Below are positions 50,240 through 53,120 of a stretch of DNA of 53,120 nucleotides, one piece after another (the first letter of the stretch is position 1; every line of letters begins with the position of its first letter). A program made the translations under genes and the position numbers. The notes below the pieces were generated by a model. It ran no database searches and was not told the DNA's origin. It saw only the letters and a list, made by a program, of their open reading frames with translations. Origin of the DNA: Octopus bimaculoides (Eukaryota); assembly GCF_001194135.2 (NCBI RefSeq), contig NC_068993.1:58356140-58409259 (forward strand), written 5' to 3'.

Positions 50240-51198
50240 TGGAGAATGTTTTCGATCTTAACAAGATTATTGTTGACTGTTAGTACCACGAGTTGGCATT
50301 GCAAACTTCGAAACTATCTTATCTGTTTGCATCAGGTACTTTTGGATACCATTCGTTTCTGACAGTTTGCCAGGTAAAATTCGTTTTATTGACAGCATTT
50401 TCATAATATTTAAGTCGTCTCCTTCAAAGTAGTTGTTTGTTTCGTTAATATACGGCATTTGTCTGAAGTACATAATTGATATCTCCTCAACCGAAATTTC
50501 TAGAACTTATTGTTTGACTGATCATTTATCGAAATAGTAAACAGCAACCTGGCAAGTTACTGCGATGAAATAAAGCGCCATTGATTTACTGTCTTGCGAA
50601 AAACGCACCTCTGATCTAAAAGATAAAAAATTATAGAAATTTAGTCAACCTTAGCGATATATTATTTATGTATGCATAGCGGAACGGCGTTTGTAGTCTG
50701 GTTTCCATGGTTGATGAAAGGATTTCCATGCTTGTCTCTCGTTCTTTTTCTGATAAACTTCTTCATGTTCTATTTTGATCTCACACACACGTACATACAC
50801 TCGTACACACACACTCACACATATACACACGCATACACACATAAAGACAACTTCATATATATAGACACTTACACATATACGTATATACACTTATATATAT
50901 ATACATACATATATCTATCCGTCTATCAAATATGTATGTATTTAAGGATGTGTGTATACATACATAAATGCACACATACATAAATATATACATGCATGCA
51001 TGCATACATACATACATACCTACATACATACATACATACATACATAATACTCACATATATATACACATACATACATACATAGGTATGTACTACAGCTGAT
51101 GAGGTTCATCTAGATCGGAAGCTGTAACATGTCTTATCCTTCACTCTCCTCAGGATGCTGGGTGTATCTCGGCAAGTGATTGTAACAAACATGCAGGT

Positions 51199-51208
<10 letters not shown>

Positions 51209-51270
<62 letters not shown>
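51209..51270. repeat. (TAA)n microsatellite
   Basis: Direct reading. Confidence 0.95.
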
Positions 51271-51271
<1 letters not shown>

Positions 51272-51495
51272 GGAACAGTATCAGAAGGCATCAAGAGGAA
51301 TATAAAGGAAATTGGAAGAGAGTGCTCAGTAGAACTGTTACAAAAGATTTGCCTCCTTGGCATGCCCAGAATAATCAGGAAAGTATTAGATAGCTGAAAA
51401 GAATGAATAATATGGTACGGTAGGCTGCAGGTAGTAAGCCCGCTACGCATGCAAGACTCCAGGAGTTCCAACAAAACCTGTGATAAAGAGAATAT
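51269..51495 (+). mobile_element. 5'-truncated Dong/R4-clade non-LTR retrotransposon (ORF C-terminus plus 3' UTR)
   Basis: GTVSEGIKRNIKEIGRECSVELLQKICLLGMPRIIRKVLDS* (TGA at 51395-51397) matches the R4/Dong ending GALGTV..LExLG..LQKxxLLGTARIxRKVL. Confidence 0.8.
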
Positions 51496-52485
51496 NNNNN
51501 NNNNNNNNNNNNNNNNNNNNNNNNNNNNNNNNNNNNNNNNNNNNNNNNNNNNNNNNNNNNNNNNNNNNNNNNNNNNNNNNNNNNNNNNNNNNNNNNNNNN
51601 NNNNNNNNNNNNNNNNNNNNNNNNNNNNNNNNNNNNNNNNNNNNNNNNNNNNNNNNNNNNNNNNNNNNNNNNNNNNNNNNNNNNNNNNNNNNNNNNNNNN
51701 NNNNNNNNNNNNNNNNNNNNNNNNNNNNNNNNNNNNNNNNNNNNNNNNNNNNNNNNNNNNNNNNNNNNNNNNNNNNNNNNNNNNNNNNNNNNNNNNNNNN
51801 NNNNNNNNNNNNNNNNNNNNNNNNNNNNNNNNNNNNNNNNNNNNNNNNNNNNNNNNNNNNNNNNNNNNNNNNNNNNNNNNNNNNNNNNNNNNNNNNNNNN
51901 NNNNNNNNNNNNNNNNNNNNNNNNNNNNNNNNNNNNNNNNNNNNNNNNNNNNNNNNNNNNNNNNNNNNNNNNNNNNNNNNNNNNNNNNNNNNNNNNNNNN
52001 NNNNNNNNNNNNNNNNNNNNNNNNNNNNNNNNNNNNNNNNNNNNNNNNNNNNNNNNNNNNNNNNNNNNNNNNNNNNNNNNNNNNNNNNNNNNNNNNNNNN
52101 NNNNNNNNNNNNNNNNNNNNNNNNNNNNNNNNNNNNNNNNNNNNNNNNNNNNNNNNNNNNNNNNNNNNNNNNNNNNNNNNNNNNNNNNNNNNNNNNNNNN
52201 NNNNNNNNNNNNNNNNNNNNNNNNNNNNNNNNNNNNNNNNNNNNNNNNNNNNNNNNNNNNNNNNNNNNNNNNNNNNNNNNNNNNNNNNNNNNNNNNNNNN
52301 NNNNNNNNNNNNNNNNNNNNNNNNNNNNNNNNNNNNNNNNNNNNNNNNNNNNNNNNNNNNNNNNNNNNNNNNNNNNNNNNNNNNNNNNNNNNNNNNNNNN
52401 NNNNNNNNNNNNNNNNNNNNNNNNNNNNNNNNNNNNNNNNNNNNNNNNNNNNNNNNNNNNNNNNNNNNNNNNNNNNNNNNNNNNN

Positions 52486-52535
<50 letters not shown>

Positions 52536-52887
52536 TTGACGTTTTGTGGGGCACTTCGTGATGTTCTTGTTCTTCGTAAAGGTGTTGAATTTCCGAATGC
52601 TACAGAGGATGTCTTTGTTGTTGCCGTCTGTTCTTGTAACAGTTCTTGCCCCTGCTGATTCTTTTGTTGTTGTTGTTGTTGTCCCTGTTCTTGTCTCTGC
52701 TGATGTTGTTCTTGTTACTGGTGTAGCTGCTGCCGTTGCTGTTGTTGGTGGTGTTGTTGTTTCTGACTTCTCGTTTCTTCCAAAGATACCACACTTCTGG
52801 TTTGATCAAGTGATGTGAGAAACGGTTTCAACACGCACCTAGCCTCACACCTTGCGCTCTCATATACAGACGCATACATACACACAA

Positions 52888-52920
<33 letters not shown>

Positions 52921-53120
52921 CACGCACATACAAACGTGTGTGTAAACGCTGACACACACACATATACACATACACACACGCACACATATATAGATTATAT
53001 ACATACATATATATATATATGTATAAATGTATGTATACAGAGATTTATTTTTTGTGTGTGCATATATATATAATTACTAACACACGCATACATACACACA
53101 CACACACACACATTTATATA

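Noticed and set aside
51095-51136. CTGATGA hairpin as a hammerhead ribozyme
   Set aside because: GAAA is replaced by GGAA, there is no UH cleavage triplet and no third stem; kept only as a hairpin

Overview
Non-coding animal genomic DNA, AT-rich and saturated with microsatellites, with roughly 8 kb of N gaps. The repeat content (tRNA-derived SINE families, RTE-type (GAT)n tails, Dong/R4, CR1, Penelope-like and Tc1/mariner remnants, extreme (TA)/(CA)/(GATA)/(ATT) density) points to a cephalopod, most likely an Octopus draft assembly; this is inference. No complete protein-coding gene can be supported, and nearly all ORF-track entries are translations of microsatellites or N runs. The best host-gene hint is a near-consensus 3' splice site at 16624-16663, so the window may be part of a very large intron. 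Recognisable content: about 20 SINE copies from three or four modular families, five Tc1/mariner remnants (one a fold-back element with long inverted arms), degraded CR1, RTE-like and Penelope-like RT fragments, and two 5'-truncated non-LTR ends sitting inside specific microsatellites ((TAA)n and (GATA)n). The most unusual items are a Penelope GIY-YIG C-terminus fused to a tRNA-like Pol III cassette and a hammerhead half-core (47572-47960), two copies of a minimal hammerhead-like motif (16108-16142, 20377-20412) and a degenerate ~40-bp minisatellite (43131-43880). Family names come from recalled consensus motifs and were not checked against databases.
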